Positions 32,628-42,782 of a stretch of 64,000 nt of DNA are shown here, piece by piece. The stretch lies in NCBI GenBank assembly GCA_963708075.1, contig OY970194.1, forward strand, positions 1,120,001-1,184,000. The letters are read 5' to 3'. The notes under the pieces are model-generated. The model worked only from the letters and a program-made list of their open reading frames with translations, did no database searches and had not been told where the DNA came from. The number at the start of each line of letters is the position of its first letter. Within the stretch, counting starts at the first letter, position 1. The translations under genes were made by a program, and so were the position numbers. The stretch is from Sedimentisphaerales bacterium (lineage in GTDB: Bacteria > Planctomycetota > Phycisphaerae > Sedimentisphaerales > Anaerobacaceae).

Positions 32628-32773
32628 GGATGGCGCAGCGATACATGAACCTGACTCCAAAGCGCCGTGACCTCTTCCTCGCTACTGTGCGCGAGTAGAG
32701 TCGAACGGTACAATCAGATGAAGCCGGCGTGAATCGCTGACGAGTGACTATTTTTAAGCAACCGTGGTGTCCG

Positions 32774-33259
32774 ATGACCAGGATCATACTGGTGATTCTT
32801 GGTGCACTCCTGATACTCGCTGGAGTCGGTGCGTGCCTGCTGCAACATGTCATTAGCATTATCGACACGGGCTCGGTAGGGGTTCTAATTGCCCGCGGCG
32901 ATTTCGATGTCGAGACACTCCATACTTTTCGCTTCACGCCGTGGCGCGAGCCAACAGCAGAGATTCAACCATTCCCATCCAGGCGCGAATCTCTTGAAAA
33001 GGGTCGGATCATTCGCTACCGGCAAGGCACGCGGATGGATCATCCTTTGTTTCGCCAGACATATTACGAGGCCGAGTACCTGATGCCTGATGGGAAGATG
33101 ATCATTGGCCCTGCCTTGGGCCCGGTGGCCTTCACGTCGCCCAACTACGCGGTCTCTATTCCCGTAATCCTCGGCGGGGCTATCATGCTCGTTCTCGCTA
33201 TGAGGCTCAGCCACAAGAAGTCAGAGCAAGCGGCCATTCAGGAATTCAGGCATGAATGA
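32774..33259 (+). CDS. Hypothetical protein with N- and C-terminal TM helices
   Basis: Hydrophobic ends flanking a soluble loop. Confidence 0.55.
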   Translation: MTRIILVILGALLILAGVGACLLQHVISIIDTGSVGVLIARGDFDVETLHTFRFTPWREPTAEIQPFPSRRESLEKGRIIRYRQGTRMDHPLFRQTYYEAEYLMPDGKMIIGPALGPVAFTSPNYAVSIPVILGGAIMLVLAMRLSHKKSEQAAIQEFRHE

Positions 33260-33441
33260 AGCCCGCCGGAGTAACGCTACCATAGTGGGGAGGATCCTAT
33301 GGCACAGCGTGTGCGTGACTCTGGTTCTCATGCAGGTTGGATGCCGGAGCGTGTATCGGCCTCAATGCACGGCATGGCGGCCGCGCAGTCTGGTGCGCAG
33401 GCAGAATCGAAGCCGGCGACTCTGAGATCAGGGAAACGATA

Positions 33442-34251
33442 ATGCTTGTGGTATCCATAGTAGCTCAATGCCTCTTCCTCTTTGCGGCCGTCATCGCCTC
33501 GGCAAGGCTCACCATCCGCAGCCGCAGTATTGCCGCGGGCGGACTGCGTTTGTATGGCTTTTTCATACTGTGGGCCATTCTGTTCTGCGTTGTTGTGCCG
33601 GCGGTCTTCACGGGTCTGATGGGCAGATCGGAGGTCATTGCTGTGTTCCCTGATGCTATCGGCGTGGTTCCTGTCATCTGCCTGTCCTGGATTCACGCAT
33701 TTGCTTTTGCCGGATTGGTGCGTCTGATTCATTGGGGCATGACCAGATGGGCCGGGGCCGGCAGGGTGCCGCGGTTTGAGGACTACAGCATTCAGACCGG
33801 CTACACGAACGTCGGTCACTTGCCGCATGCCTCGATTGAGGAGTTCTTCTCGCTGGCTGCAACGGGCGGCACTCCTGAAGAAGCCGTTGAGAATCTGAGG
33901 AAGCGGTTCGAAGAGAGAGTCAATCTGATGATGGAGAGTGGTGAGCGGATTCCTCGCCCCGGCAGTGGGAGAGCACGGCCGAGATTCGCGCCCAACGATC
34001 AAATAGAGGTCCTTCGGCCATTCGTGGACGAGTTCTGGTCGGAAATACTGGGCACATCCTATCTGACCTCGTTTGTCTCGAATGAAAGCCGATTGAGCTC
34101 TTGGGAACATTATGTGTCTGGTGGAAGACCCTCGCTGATTCAGAAGGTCAAGGAACGCTACGGCGTTGACATCACGGCATTCTACGATGACCCAATTCCG
34201 GATGTCCTGGGCCGAGTTCAAGAAGGTAGATCCCATGAGAAGAGACATTGA
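33442..34251 (+). CDS. Three-TM protein fused to HicB-like domain
   Basis: TM N-terminus; ATGGTPEEAVENLRK......MESGERIPRP resembles the HicB N-terminal fold. Confidence 0.6.
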   Translation: MLVVSIVAQCLFLFAAVIASARLTIRSRSIAAGGLRLYGFFILWAILFCVVVPAVFTGLMGRSEVIAVFPDAIGVVPVICLSWIHAFAFAGLVRLIHWGMTRWAGAGRVPRFEDYSIQTGYTNVGHLPHASIEEFFSLAATGGTPEEAVENLRKRFEERVNLMMESGERIPRPGSGRARPRFAPNDQIEVLRPFVDEFWSEILGTSYLTSFVSNESRLSSWEHYVSGGRPSLIQKVKERYGVDITAFYDDPIPDVLGRVQEGRSHEKRH

Positions 34252-34747
34252 GAGTCTGGCACGCAGGATCAGGGTCCTGCTCACACTATTCACTGTTGGC
34301 TTGGTGGTTTCGGGGGTGACGGCGATTCCTCTGGCTCGCGAGATTGCGTTCCTTCAGAGGGTGGTGGGGGAGGGTTCGGCGGCACAGGTGTGGTGGCCTT
34401 CTCTATCGGCCTGGATTTCGCGCGTTCATCAGGGCATCGTGGAGACGGATCGGCAGTACCCGTTCATCCTCTACGGTACGGACTGGCTGGCCTTCGGGCA
34501 TATCGTCATCGCAATCGCGTTCCTCGGGCCGCTGCGCGACCCCATCAAGAACATCTGGGTGATCGAGTTCGGCATGATCGCCTGTATTCTTGTCATTCCC
34601 TGGGCTTTGATCTTCGGCCCGGTTCGCGGCATTCCCTTTTTCTGGCGGTTGATCGACTGCAGCTTCGGCGTCGTCGGCATCATCCCGCCATTCCTCGCCT
34701 GGCGATACACCCGCCGGATCATCGGGTGTTCCTCGATTCAGGGCTGA
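34235..34747 (+). CDS. Conserved membrane protein
   Basis: LVVSGVTAIPL, YGTDWLAFGH, GPLRDP.KNIWV, WRLIDCSFG. Confidence 0.75.
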   Translation: MRRDIESLARRIRVLLTLFTVGLVVSGVTAIPLAREIAFLQRVVGEGSAAQVWWPSLSAWISRVHQGIVETDRQYPFILYGTDWLAFGHIVIAIAFLGPLRDPIKNIWVIEFGMIACILVIPWALIFGPVRGIPFFWRLIDCSFGVVGIIPPFLAWRYTRRIIGCSSIQG

Positions 34748-35049
34748 GTCATCGGATGATGCAAAATGCAGGGGTAGGCGCACGCACCCGTCTGTAAGGG
34801 CTCCGTAAGGTTTCGGTAAGCGACAACCGCGGCACCCTGGTGTGGAGCCGCGATGAGATGTAGCGAAGGCACTGTCGAAACGGCGCCGGGCGGAATCGCG
34901 TCGCCCGGCGCCGGACAGTGCGCAAGGTGGATTCGGATCGATCATCACAACGTGAACATCTGCGTAGCCTTCGGTGAGAGGCGTATCAGAAAGTAATCCA
35001 AAGCACCAAATTCGGATTTCGAGCTTTCTTCCTGGGGAGGTTCAATTCC

Positions 35050-35379
35050 ATGGCAGCGCTGGCCGAAAAACACTGCATCCCGTGCGAGAAGGGGTCCGAG
35101 CCGCTCAAGGGCGAAGAGATCGAAAGGCAGATGGAGCAACTGGACTCCGATTGGCACGCCGTGGACGAGCATCACCTTGAACGGCAGTTCACCTTCGACG
35201 ACTTCCGCCAGGCACTGGACTTCGTGAACAGGGTTGGCGAAATGGCAGAAGAGGAGGGGCACCATCCGGACATCTGCTTTGGCTACGGCAAGGCGAAGAT
35301 CGATCTGTGGACGCACAAGATCAACGGCCTGCACGAGAACGACTTCATCCTGGCCGCCAAGATCGACCATCTCTTGTGA
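35050..35379 (+). CDS. Pterin-4-alpha-carbinolamine dehydratase
   Basis: AEEEGHHPDI, WTHKINGLHENDFILAAKID; GGAGG RBS. Confidence 0.93.
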   Translation: MAALAEKHCIPCEKGSEPLKGEEIERQMEQLDSDWHAVDEHHLERQFTFDDFRQALDFVNRVGEMAEEEGHHPDICFGYGKAKIDLWTHKINGLHENDFILAAKIDHLL

Positions 35380-35721
35380 TTTACGATTTTGGCGTTGGGG
35401 GCAGGCTACAGGCTGCACTGAGAGGTACAAGACAGGTCGATTTTGATATCGCGGCGGGCTCTCGGGTCCATCGTGTCGCTATCGCATCTGCCGAGCGGCC
35501 GCGAGAAGGGTTTTTTTTACATTTTTTTGAGAATTCCATCCACATCGGCCGTCCGCCAACCGCCTCAAATATAGTAACAGGGTGGAAGTATGACTACGCA
35601 CGAACGTGCAATGGATGGCGTAGCCAGACGCGTTCGGCCGGGAGCAACACGGAATGGACAGGCCCCCGGCCTGCGCGTCGGTGTAAGTCCTTGATTTGCA
35701 GTCACTTACGCGGTGCAAAAG

Positions 35722-35756
35722 CAAAAGGGCCGGCTCCGGTGGTGGGTGCCGGCCCC
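35722..35756 (-). terminator. Likely intrinsic terminator of the PD40/LamG gene
   Basis: GGGCCGGC/GCCGGCCC stem followed by U-run on minus strand. Confidence 0.6.
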
Positions 35757-35784
35757 TCGCCGTTGCGCACACGCGCAACAGGGC

Positions 35785-37458
35785 CTACGGTTTCACGATT
35801 CGGTTGTAGATGCGGACGTCGTCGATCAGGCCGGACCAGAAGCTGCCCGCCGTCAGGTCCTTGCCCGTGCCAATGTGCAGGCCGCCATATGCGCTGGTGA
35901 CTTGGTTCTGCGTGTCCTGAGCAACCAGGACGCCATCGACGTACAGGGTCCTGCCGGCACCGTCAAGGACCAGCCCGACACGATGCCATTTACCGTCGGT
36001 GATGACCGCCTTGGAGACGATGTTGCGACCGAATCGGCTATCGCTTCTCAGCTCGCTCGCCAGAGCGCCTGTCGCGGCATCCACAATGAGCCAATTGGCG
36101 CCCATCTTCTGCGAGATGATCGCTTGGCCGGGAGCGCCGCCCTTGACCCAGGCGAAAATGCTGATGGGTTCCCGGGATGGGTCGCACACGTACCGGGTGG
36201 TTATGTGGTCGTCCACACCATCCAGTTGGATCGCTCCGCCGACCGCTCCTTCCTCCGGCTGCCAGACCGGGCCGCCGACCAGCATGCCATCGCACGCCTG
36301 CGTACACTCCGAGGCGACGATGCCCTCGGCCTCATCGAACTTCCAGCAGACCGTGAGGGTGGGGTCGTGAAACTCTTGCGCTGCGCACTGCGTCAGGACG
36401 GCCAGATCCTTCATATCGACGATGCCGTCGCCGAAGGGGGTCGGGCCGATATCGCACAGCGGATCATCCTTGCCCAGACTCTCCGTCATGATTCGCACCT
36501 CGGCCTCATCCACCTTCCCGTCGCCGTTTAAGTCCACGATGGGGCTGATGGAGGCCTCCCACAGATCCGTGTAGCCCCTGCCGCCGGGACGGTCGGAGCT
36601 GAAGTAGAGCGTGCGGCCGTCAGGCGACAGCGCGGGGTTGCCATCCCAGGAACCGCTGTTGACGGATGCACCGAGGTTCACCGGATGCCTCCATTTGTCG
36701 TTTGCCGTCTTCCGCACGCTGACCCAGATGTCCCACTGGCCCAAGCCGCCCGCACGATTGGAGCCGAAGAGCAGCACGAGGCCGTCTGTGGAGACGCTCG
36801 GTGCGCCATCGACGGCGGTGCTATTGACGGCCGACACATTGATCGGCGAGCCCCAGGGGCTCTCCGCGTCCGCGCGCGTCGCCATCCAGATATCGCACTG
36901 GCCGCGTCCGCCCGGCCTGACGGCGCTGCCCCATTCCGCGTCACAAAGGAACAGGGTCTTTCCATCGGCGCTGATCCACGGACTGACGTCATCGAACTGC
37001 GTATTGATGCCCGAGTCCAGCATTACCGGCGGTCCCCACGGTTCCTCCCGGCCGGCTCGCGTGGTCATATAGACGTCGTGGCCGCCGATGCCATCCTCTT
37101 CGCGAATACAACTGAAGTACATGGTCAGGCCGTCGGCCGAGAGGCTCGGTCCAAGCTCCTGGGCGGCGCTGTTGATCGTCGAGCCAAGGTTCTGCGGCTT
37201 CGACCACGGGGCATCGATGCTCGGGCGGCGCAGGACCCAGAGGTCCTGCACGCCGTACGTGCCGGTCCGGCAGGAGGAGTAGTAAAGCTCCAGCCCGTCC
37301 GGCGAGAGAGACGGATCATACTCGCACAATTCGCAGTTGACCGTCGGCCCGAGGTTCTTCGGCTCGCTGAACACAAAGTCCCCGCGTACCTGTCCCGTCC
37401 ACACTGCCGTGAGCATCACGGCCATCGTTGCTGCAATCGTCCTTCTTTGGGTCCTCAT
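35785..37458 (-). CDS. Secreted PD40 beta-propeller + dockerin/EF-hand-like + LamG domain protein
   Basis: Repeated P.NLG..VN....PSLS.DG..LYFSS; DLNGDGKVD; WHRVGL...LYVDG...GLIDDVRIYNR. Confidence 0.85.
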   Translation of the reverse strand: MRTQRRTIAATMAVMLTAVWTGQVRGDFVFSEPKNLGPTVNCELCEYDPSLSPDGLELYYSSCRTGTYGVQDLWVLRRPSIDAPWSKPQNLGSTINSAAQELGPSLSADGLTMYFSCIREEDGIGGHDVYMTTRAGREEPWGPPVMLDSGINTQFDDVSPWISADGKTLFLCDAEWGSAVRPGGRGQCDIWMATRADAESPWGSPINVSAVNSTAVDGAPSVSTDGLVLLFGSNRAGGLGQWDIWVSVRKTANDKWRHPVNLGASVNSGSWDGNPALSPDGRTLYFSSDRPGGRGYTDLWEASISPIVDLNGDGKVDEAEVRIMTESLGKDDPLCDIGPTPFGDGIVDMKDLAVLTQCAAQEFHDPTLTVCWKFDEAEGIVASECTQACDGMLVGGPVWQPEEGAVGGAIQLDGVDDHITTRYVCDPSREPISIFAWVKGGAPGQAIISQKMGANWLIVDAATGALASELRSDSRFGRNIVSKAVITDGKWHRVGLVLDGAGRTLYVDGVLVAQDTQNQVTSAYGGLHIGTGKDLTAGSFWSGLIDDVRIYNRIVKP

Positions 37459-37654
37459 GGTTGCCGTCCTTTATGGTTTGCGGTAGCATTCTCGCCAGAT
37501 CCTCGCTCTCCGCGCGAAACCGGGCGCGGGAGCAGATCCGGGCTGGTGAAACGGTCGCCGAAATCGAATGATTCGCCAGCCCTTACTGTTTCAACACGAG
37601 ATCACGTCACATGCTTCGATTTGCCTGAGTTTCCGGTCTGCGTGCCGGTATCGG

Positions 37655-40600
37655 TTAATCCAGGTCGATAATCCATATTTCGTGGTGCCATTGGGCGTAC
37701 GGCCTCTCGACGGCCATGCGGGTCCCATTTTGCTGCGGCCAGGAGCACCATCCGAAGAAACCGTCCATCACCTTCGATGCCTCCTTTTTGTCGATGTCGT
37801 AAATCCATAGTCCGGCGCCCCAGTAGCCTCCGACCGTCAGTTGCCGTCCATCGGCGGACCAACTGAGAAACATGTGCTGTTTCACCGGCGGGCCGGCCCA
37901 GATCGTCACGGATCCCGTCGGCAGGTCCTTAATGCCTATCGTCATGTCGTCCTGCATGAAGGCGACGTGCTGCTCGTCGGGGGACACCACGGGGAACGCG
38001 TACTTGCAGGAGAGGATCTCTTGCAGATCGCTGTTGGCCGGGTCGATGGCGACGGAGTACATCTTCATATCGATGCGCGAATGATAGTAGAGCCGATTCG
38101 AGCTGCGTCCCCAGTTCGGCCAGCCGCCATTGGCGAGCAGTCGCGGGGCCTCCGTGCCGTCGGCCTTGATGATCCAGATTTCCTCCTGCTCCATCGGGGG
38201 ATGCTCGCCCTGGTTCTTCGTGGCCAGGTCCTGCAAGGACAGGACCTGGCGATCTCGCACGTAGGCGATGTACTTGCCGTCGGGCGACCAGGTGGGGTCC
38301 TTGCCGGGGATGGTCAGCAGCCGGGTCGTGCCTGTCTTGAGATGGAGGATTTCGATGCCGCTGGCGCCGAGCACGCCGCGGCTGTAGGCCAGCTCCGTTT
38401 CGTCGGGCGACCAGCTCGGATGAAAGCCCTCGGGTACCGCGCGAGTGCCTTTGGCGGCAAGCTGGCCGTACTCTGTGGCGGCCTGGTGCATCGCGACGAA
38501 CGCCGTGCCTTGCGGACTGCGGCCCTCCGGATGCCACGATCTCCCGGCCGAGAGGCTGTCGAAGACGTACCGGGCCGCCAGGCGGTCAATCGCCGCCTCC
38601 TTCATCCCCTGCGAGCTAAGGATCTCCTCGTATTTGGCCTGCGCCTTGTCATACTCGCCCATCGAGGTCAGGATGCAGAACAGGCGGAACTGGTGAGTCA
38701 CATCATCCGGCTGGAGTTGCAGGCATGCCTTCGTGTCGCTCAGAGCCTGCTCATAGGAACCCAGGCACAGGAACGTCTCGCATCGCTGGCGGTACAGCTC
38801 GGCCAGCCGCGAATCGCGTGGACCCATGAGCCCGGCGGCCTGGTCCTGATCCGCAATCGCCTCGCGAAGCAGCGAGCTGTCGTCCTGTTTCATCGCCATC
38901 GCCCGCCGCGCGATGCCCCGGAGCGCGTAGCCCGTAGGGTTCTTTGCCTGGCTGCCGATCATGATGCTCGCCTCGGTCTCCGTGTTGCGGTATTCACCCA
39001 TCGCGTAGTAGGCGGATGCACGAGCCTTGCGCGTCCCATAGTGAGCCGGGTCCAGGGACACGGCCTTGTTCAGCCAGTCGAGTGTCTCTCGCACGGTCGG
39101 GGCGGTCATGGCGCGCAGCAGGTAGGCGTCGGCCGTCCTGGGCATCAGCCGTTCGCCTTGCTGCAGGTGAATCTCGGCCTTGCTCTTCATGCGTGCGTCG
39201 TTCGGATTGGATTCGAGGTAGATTGCGGCGAGCAGGAAATGGGCATTGGCCGCGATCTCGGGACGCTCCTTGAGCAGACCCTGCAGTTGCTCGACGCCGG
39301 CGTCCGGGCCCTGGAGTTCCAGCAGCACACGGGCGTTGAGCAGGCGGGCTCGCGGCCCCACGGAGCGGCTGGACAGGATCGGCTTGAGCTCCGACACGGC
39401 CTGCTGGTATTCGCCCGCGGATAGCCGGTCCTCGACGAGTCCGAGGGCCCGCTCGTGATTCGTCCGTGTGCGCTGAATCGAGAAGCGGGCGTAGGCGATG
39501 CTCGTGACGAGCAGGGCCAGCACGATGACGGCGACGGCCGAGCCCGTGATCAACTGGGTCCGCTGCCTTCGCACGAATTTCTGAATGCGGTAGAGGGTGC
39601 TGGGGGAGCCGGCGAGGATCGGCTCGTGGCGCAGGTGCCGCTCGATGTCCTGGGCCAGGCCGTGCGCCGTCTCGTACCGGTGTGTCCGGTCCTTCTCCAG
39701 GGCCTTCATCACGATCCAGTCGAGGTCCCCCTTGATCAGCTTGCGGAGGAGTTCCGGGCTGGTGTGACGGCACTGGGCGACGTCGCCGGCCGTCTGGCCG
39801 AGCGTGCGGATCTTCGTCGATGGCTTGAGCGGGTCGGTCTCGCGGATGATCCGCTGCATCTCGGCATAGCCGCCGCTGCGGAGCGTCTCGCCGGCGAACG
39901 GTGTGCTACCCGTCAGCAACTCGTAGAGCAGCACGCCGAGGGAGTAGATATCCGTCCGTGTATCGACGTCGAGGCCGCTCATTTCCGCCTGCTCGGGACT
40001 CATGTATTCCGGCGTCCCGATCATCTGGGCGTAGCGGGTGAAGAGGGTTTGCTCGGTCAGCCGCTGGTTCGTCGCCTTGGCGATGCCGAAGTCGATGACC
40101 TTGGGCACGGGCTTGCCGTCGTGGAGCGTCACCATGACGTTGGACGGCTTGATGTCCCGATGGATGATGCCTTTCTGGTGGGCGTGCTGGACGGCGCTGC
40201 AGACCTGGTTAAACAGCTCCAGCCGGTCCCGTGTGTTGAGCCGGTTCTTGTCGCAGTACTCGGTGATGGACACGCCGCGGACCAGTTCCATGACGAAGTA
40301 GGGTCGCCCTGTCTCGGTGGCGCCGCCGTCGAAGACCTGGGCGATATTCGGGTGATCCATCAGGGCCAGGGCCTGGCGCTCCGCCTCGAAGCGGGCGATC
40401 ACCTGTTTCGTGTCCATGCCGAGCTTGATGACCTTCAGGGCGACCCTTCGCCGGACAGGGCGCTGCTGTTCGGCCATATACACGACGGCCATGCCGCCTT
40501 CGCCGATCTTTTCCAGCAGCTTGTAGCGGTCGATGGTCGTGCCGGGACCTTCGATCGCCATGGGCACTTCGAGCGTCAGTTGCAGCGAGTTCGCCGCCTG

Positions 40601-40771
40601 CTCCAGGAAGCTCTGCTCGCTGCGGTGCACCTTCAGAAGGGCCTCGAGACGATGAAGGAGGGTAAGGTCGTCACCGCAAGCCTTCTGAAGGTACGCCGCA
40701 CGCTCCTGTTCGCTGTCGAACCCGAGCGCCGCATCGAATATTGCCTCTTCGTTTCTGAACTCACTGACCAT
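37655..40771 (-). CDS. Ser/Thr protein kinase with TM, TPR and TolB/PD40 repeats
   Basis: IGEGGMAVVY, VALKVIK, HRDIKPSN, DFGIAK, GTPEYMSPEQ. Confidence 0.95.
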   Translation of the reverse strand: MVSEFRNEEAIFDAALGFDSEQERAAYLQKACGDDLTLLHRLEALLKVHRSEQSFLEQAANSLQLTLEVPMAIEGPGTTIDRYKLLEKIGEGGMAVVYMAEQQRPVRRRVALKVIKLGMDTKQVIARFEAERQALALMDHPNIAQVFDGGATETGRPYFVMELVRGVSITEYCDKNRLNTRDRLELFNQVCSAVQHAHQKGIIHRDIKPSNVMVTLHDGKPVPKVIDFGIAKATNQRLTEQTLFTRYAQMIGTPEYMSPEQAEMSGLDVDTRTDIYSLGVLLYELLTGSTPFAGETLRSGGYAEMQRIIRETDPLKPSTKIRTLGQTAGDVAQCRHTSPELLRKLIKGDLDWIVMKALEKDRTHRYETAHGLAQDIERHLRHEPILAGSPSTLYRIQKFVRRQRTQLITGSAVAVIVLALLVTSIAYARFSIQRTRTNHERALGLVEDRLSAGEYQQAVSELKPILSSRSVGPRARLLNARVLLELQGPDAGVEQLQGLLKERPEIAANAHFLLAAIYLESNPNDARMKSKAEIHLQQGERLMPRTADAYLLRAMTAPTVRETLDWLNKAVSLDPAHYGTRKARASAYYAMGEYRNTETEASIMIGSQAKNPTGYALRGIARRAMAMKQDDSSLLREAIADQDQAAGLMGPRDSRLAELYRQRCETFLCLGSYEQALSDTKACLQLQPDDVTHQFRLFCILTSMGEYDKAQAKYEEILSSQGMKEAAIDRLAARYVFDSLSAGRSWHPEGRSPQGTAFVAMHQAATEYGQLAAKGTRAVPEGFHPSWSPDETELAYSRGVLGASGIEILHLKTGTTRLLTIPGKDPTWSPDGKYIAYVRDRQVLSLQDLATKNQGEHPPMEQEEIWIIKADGTEAPRLLANGGWPNWGRSSNRLYYHSRIDMKMYSVAIDPANSDLQEILSCKYAFPVVSPDEQHVAFMQDDMTIGIKDLPTGSVTIWAGPPVKQHMFLSWSADGRQLTVGGYWGAGLWIYDIDKKEASKVMDGFFGWCSWPQQNGTRMAVERPYAQWHHEIWIIDLD

Positions 40772-40879
40772 AAGCCCTATCCTTTTTCTCCCCGACTACA
40801 GTGCGTCGTTCACCGGGCCGTTACCCCACCAAAATCAAAAAAACCACAGGGGGTTCCATCACGATGCGGGTACGACCTG

Positions 40880-41425
40880 TCATTGTCCCTGGCCGCCGGT
40901 CCGGATGCGGTGCCACAGACCGGCCAGGCCGCGGGCCTGCAGGAACAGAATGAAAGCGAGAACAAGCTGAATGACCGCCGGAATGCCGTATCGCCAGAAG
41001 TCCTGACGCATCCGCCCTGACGTCGGCTCAGAGACGTGCTGCGAGATGGCATAGTAGCCGGTCCAGACGGCCTGGGCGATCTGCGGAATAGCGTGAAGGA
41101 AGATCAGGACCGCCACGACGGCGAATCCGATGGCCTGTACGTCGCGACCGGTCAGGACGCTCGACATGCCGAGGGGCTTGTCCTCACCCACAAGCCGCGG
41201 CGCGAGATTCTGGCTGAACACGAGAAGTATCGCGCCGGCCGCTGCCGTCAGCAGCAGTGGAATCAGCATGATCACATACACCCAGGCCTCCGTGGCGGCC
41301 TGCGGACGATCGGATCGCAACGCATACACGAGGCCGCCGAGAGACTGGAAGAGCGGAAGGGCCTCGATGAATGCGTAGATCCCCAGCAACTTCAGGGCAA
41401 ACGATGCCAACTCATGTCTCGTCAT
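40880..41425 (-). CDS. Four-TM hypothetical membrane protein
   Basis: GGGAGG RBS; two internal hairpin-like TM pairs. Confidence 0.75.
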   Translation of the reverse strand: MTRHELASFALKLLGIYAFIEALPLFQSLGGLVYALRSDRPQAATEAWVYVIMLIPLLLTAAAGAILLVFSQNLAPRLVGEDKPLGMSSVLTGRDVQAIGFAVVAVLIFLHAIPQIAQAVWTGYYAISQHVSEPTSGRMRQDFWRYGIPAVIQLVLAFILFLQARGLAGLWHRIRTGGQGQ

Positions 41426-41473
41426 GATTCACCTCCCGAACACTATCTGCTCGTCGCTATTGTTGTGCACCGG

Positions 41474-42058
41474 CTACGAGCCGGTGGCCTTCGTAATTTC
41501 CAGGTGCAGCCAGGAGCGGGCATAGGCCCAATAGCGGTCGGCGGTGTTGTGTGAGATGCCCAGGACCGTGGCGGCCTGCTCGCCTGTCAGGCCGGCGAAG
41601 AAGCGGAGCTTCACCAGGTCGGCCTTGACCTTGTCTTTTTGGGCCAGCCTCTCCAGGGCTTCATCCAGGGCGATCAGGTCGTCGCAGGAGCCGCTCAGGG
41701 TCAGTCCCGTCTCGTCCGGCAGGCAGGCGATATCCTCCGCATCCGCCCGCTGGAGATTGCCGCCGCGTTTGAGCCGCTGCTTGCGCCGGGCGTTGTCGAT
41801 GAGGATTCGGCGCATCGCCTCGGCCGCGGCGGCGAAGAAGTGCCCCCGACTGTTCCAGGTCTGGCCCTCATCGCCGACCAGCCGGAGGTACGCCTCATGC
41901 ACCAGCGCCGTCGCTTGCAGGGTCTGTCCGGGGGTCTCCTTGGCGAGCCTCTGGGCGGCCAAGAGACGCAACTCCTCATAAACCAGCGGCAACAGCTCGT
42001 CCGTCGCCTTCACGTCTCCCCGTTCAATCGCAGTCAGAATCCGTGTTACATCACTCAT
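41474..42058 (-). CDS. ECF sigma factor, planctomycete STK-associated type
   Basis: [55 protein letters not shown]. Confidence 0.93.
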   Translation of the reverse strand: MSDVTRILTAIERGDVKATDELLPLVYEELRLLAAQRLAKETPGQTLQATALVHEAYLRLVGDEGQTWNSRGHFFAAAAEAMRRILIDNARRKQRLKRGGNLQRADAEDIACLPDETGLTLSGSCDDLIALDEALERLAQKDKVKADLVKLRFFAGLTGEQAATVLGISHNTADRYWAYARSWLHLEITKATGS

Positions 42059-42248
42059 AGTAATGCCCAATCCGGCTCATCCATCCGACAACCGGTGTAT
42101 TCTCCTATGCAGACTGTGGTATTTCAACTACCCATGTGAAATTCGGCATGGACCAACGGCTCGGATCAGGTATAATAATGAGGCGTGCAGGGGGCAGGCT
42201 GTTGCGGCCGCCCCGGCATGCGGCAACCAAGGTAATTGGATACAGGCG

Positions 42249-42671
42249 TTGTGTAGAAATAGTCATGCATCCGTTCTCATGCTGCTGTCGCTGGTAGGGG
42301 CGTTGAATGCCTCGCAGGCGATGGTCCTGTGCATCGGCCGCGACGGCCATGTGGCCATTGAGCCGGTGGGGCACAACCACTGCGCCGATGGCACGCACAA
42401 GTGTGAATCCGATGCGGCGGTGCATGATACGGTTCTGGTCCCGGATATGGGCGGCACGCACTGCGGGGGGTGCACGGACATTTCGGTGGCCCAGACCATC
42501 GGCAGCGACCCTGGGGCCTCTGCCGCGTCAAAGATAGTCTCCGCCGGCCTGTTCGCCGTCCTGGCGGCGCCGCAGACTCTGCCAGATGATGCTGCGTGCA
42601 TCGATTCACTGGCATCCGCACACCTGATCTTCGATCCCGTCCCCTTGCGCAGCATCGTGCTGCAGGTGTGA
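42249..42671 (+). CDS. Cys/His-rich exported small protein upstream of metal efflux operon; start uncertain
   Basis: VLCIGRDGHVAIE, HNHC, CGGCTDI, LRSIVLQV. Confidence 0.6.
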   Translation: MCRNSHASVLMLLSLVGALNASQAMVLCIGRDGHVAIEPVGHNHCADGTHKCESDAAVHDTVLVPDMGGTHCGGCTDISVAQTIGSDPGASAASKIVSAGLFAVLAAPQTLPDDAACIDSLASAHLIFDPVPLRSIVLQV

Positions 42672-42782
42672 TCTCCCACAACGATTGATTCGGCCCGGAT
42701 GGCGCGGCGACTCCGCGCGCGGGGCGGGCAATGCGCTCGCCGGCCCGGGGCAGATATGCCGTTCTCTGTGGGAGTATTGTCT

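Noticed and set aside
28898..35379. Integron cassette array
   Set aside because: No repeated attC-like RYYYAAC...GTTRRRY structures or integrase found by eye; some genes overlap
35683..35710. dif-like site (GTAAGT...ACTTAC inverted repeat)
   Set aside because: Arms do not match XerC/XerD consensus; too little evidence to assign a function
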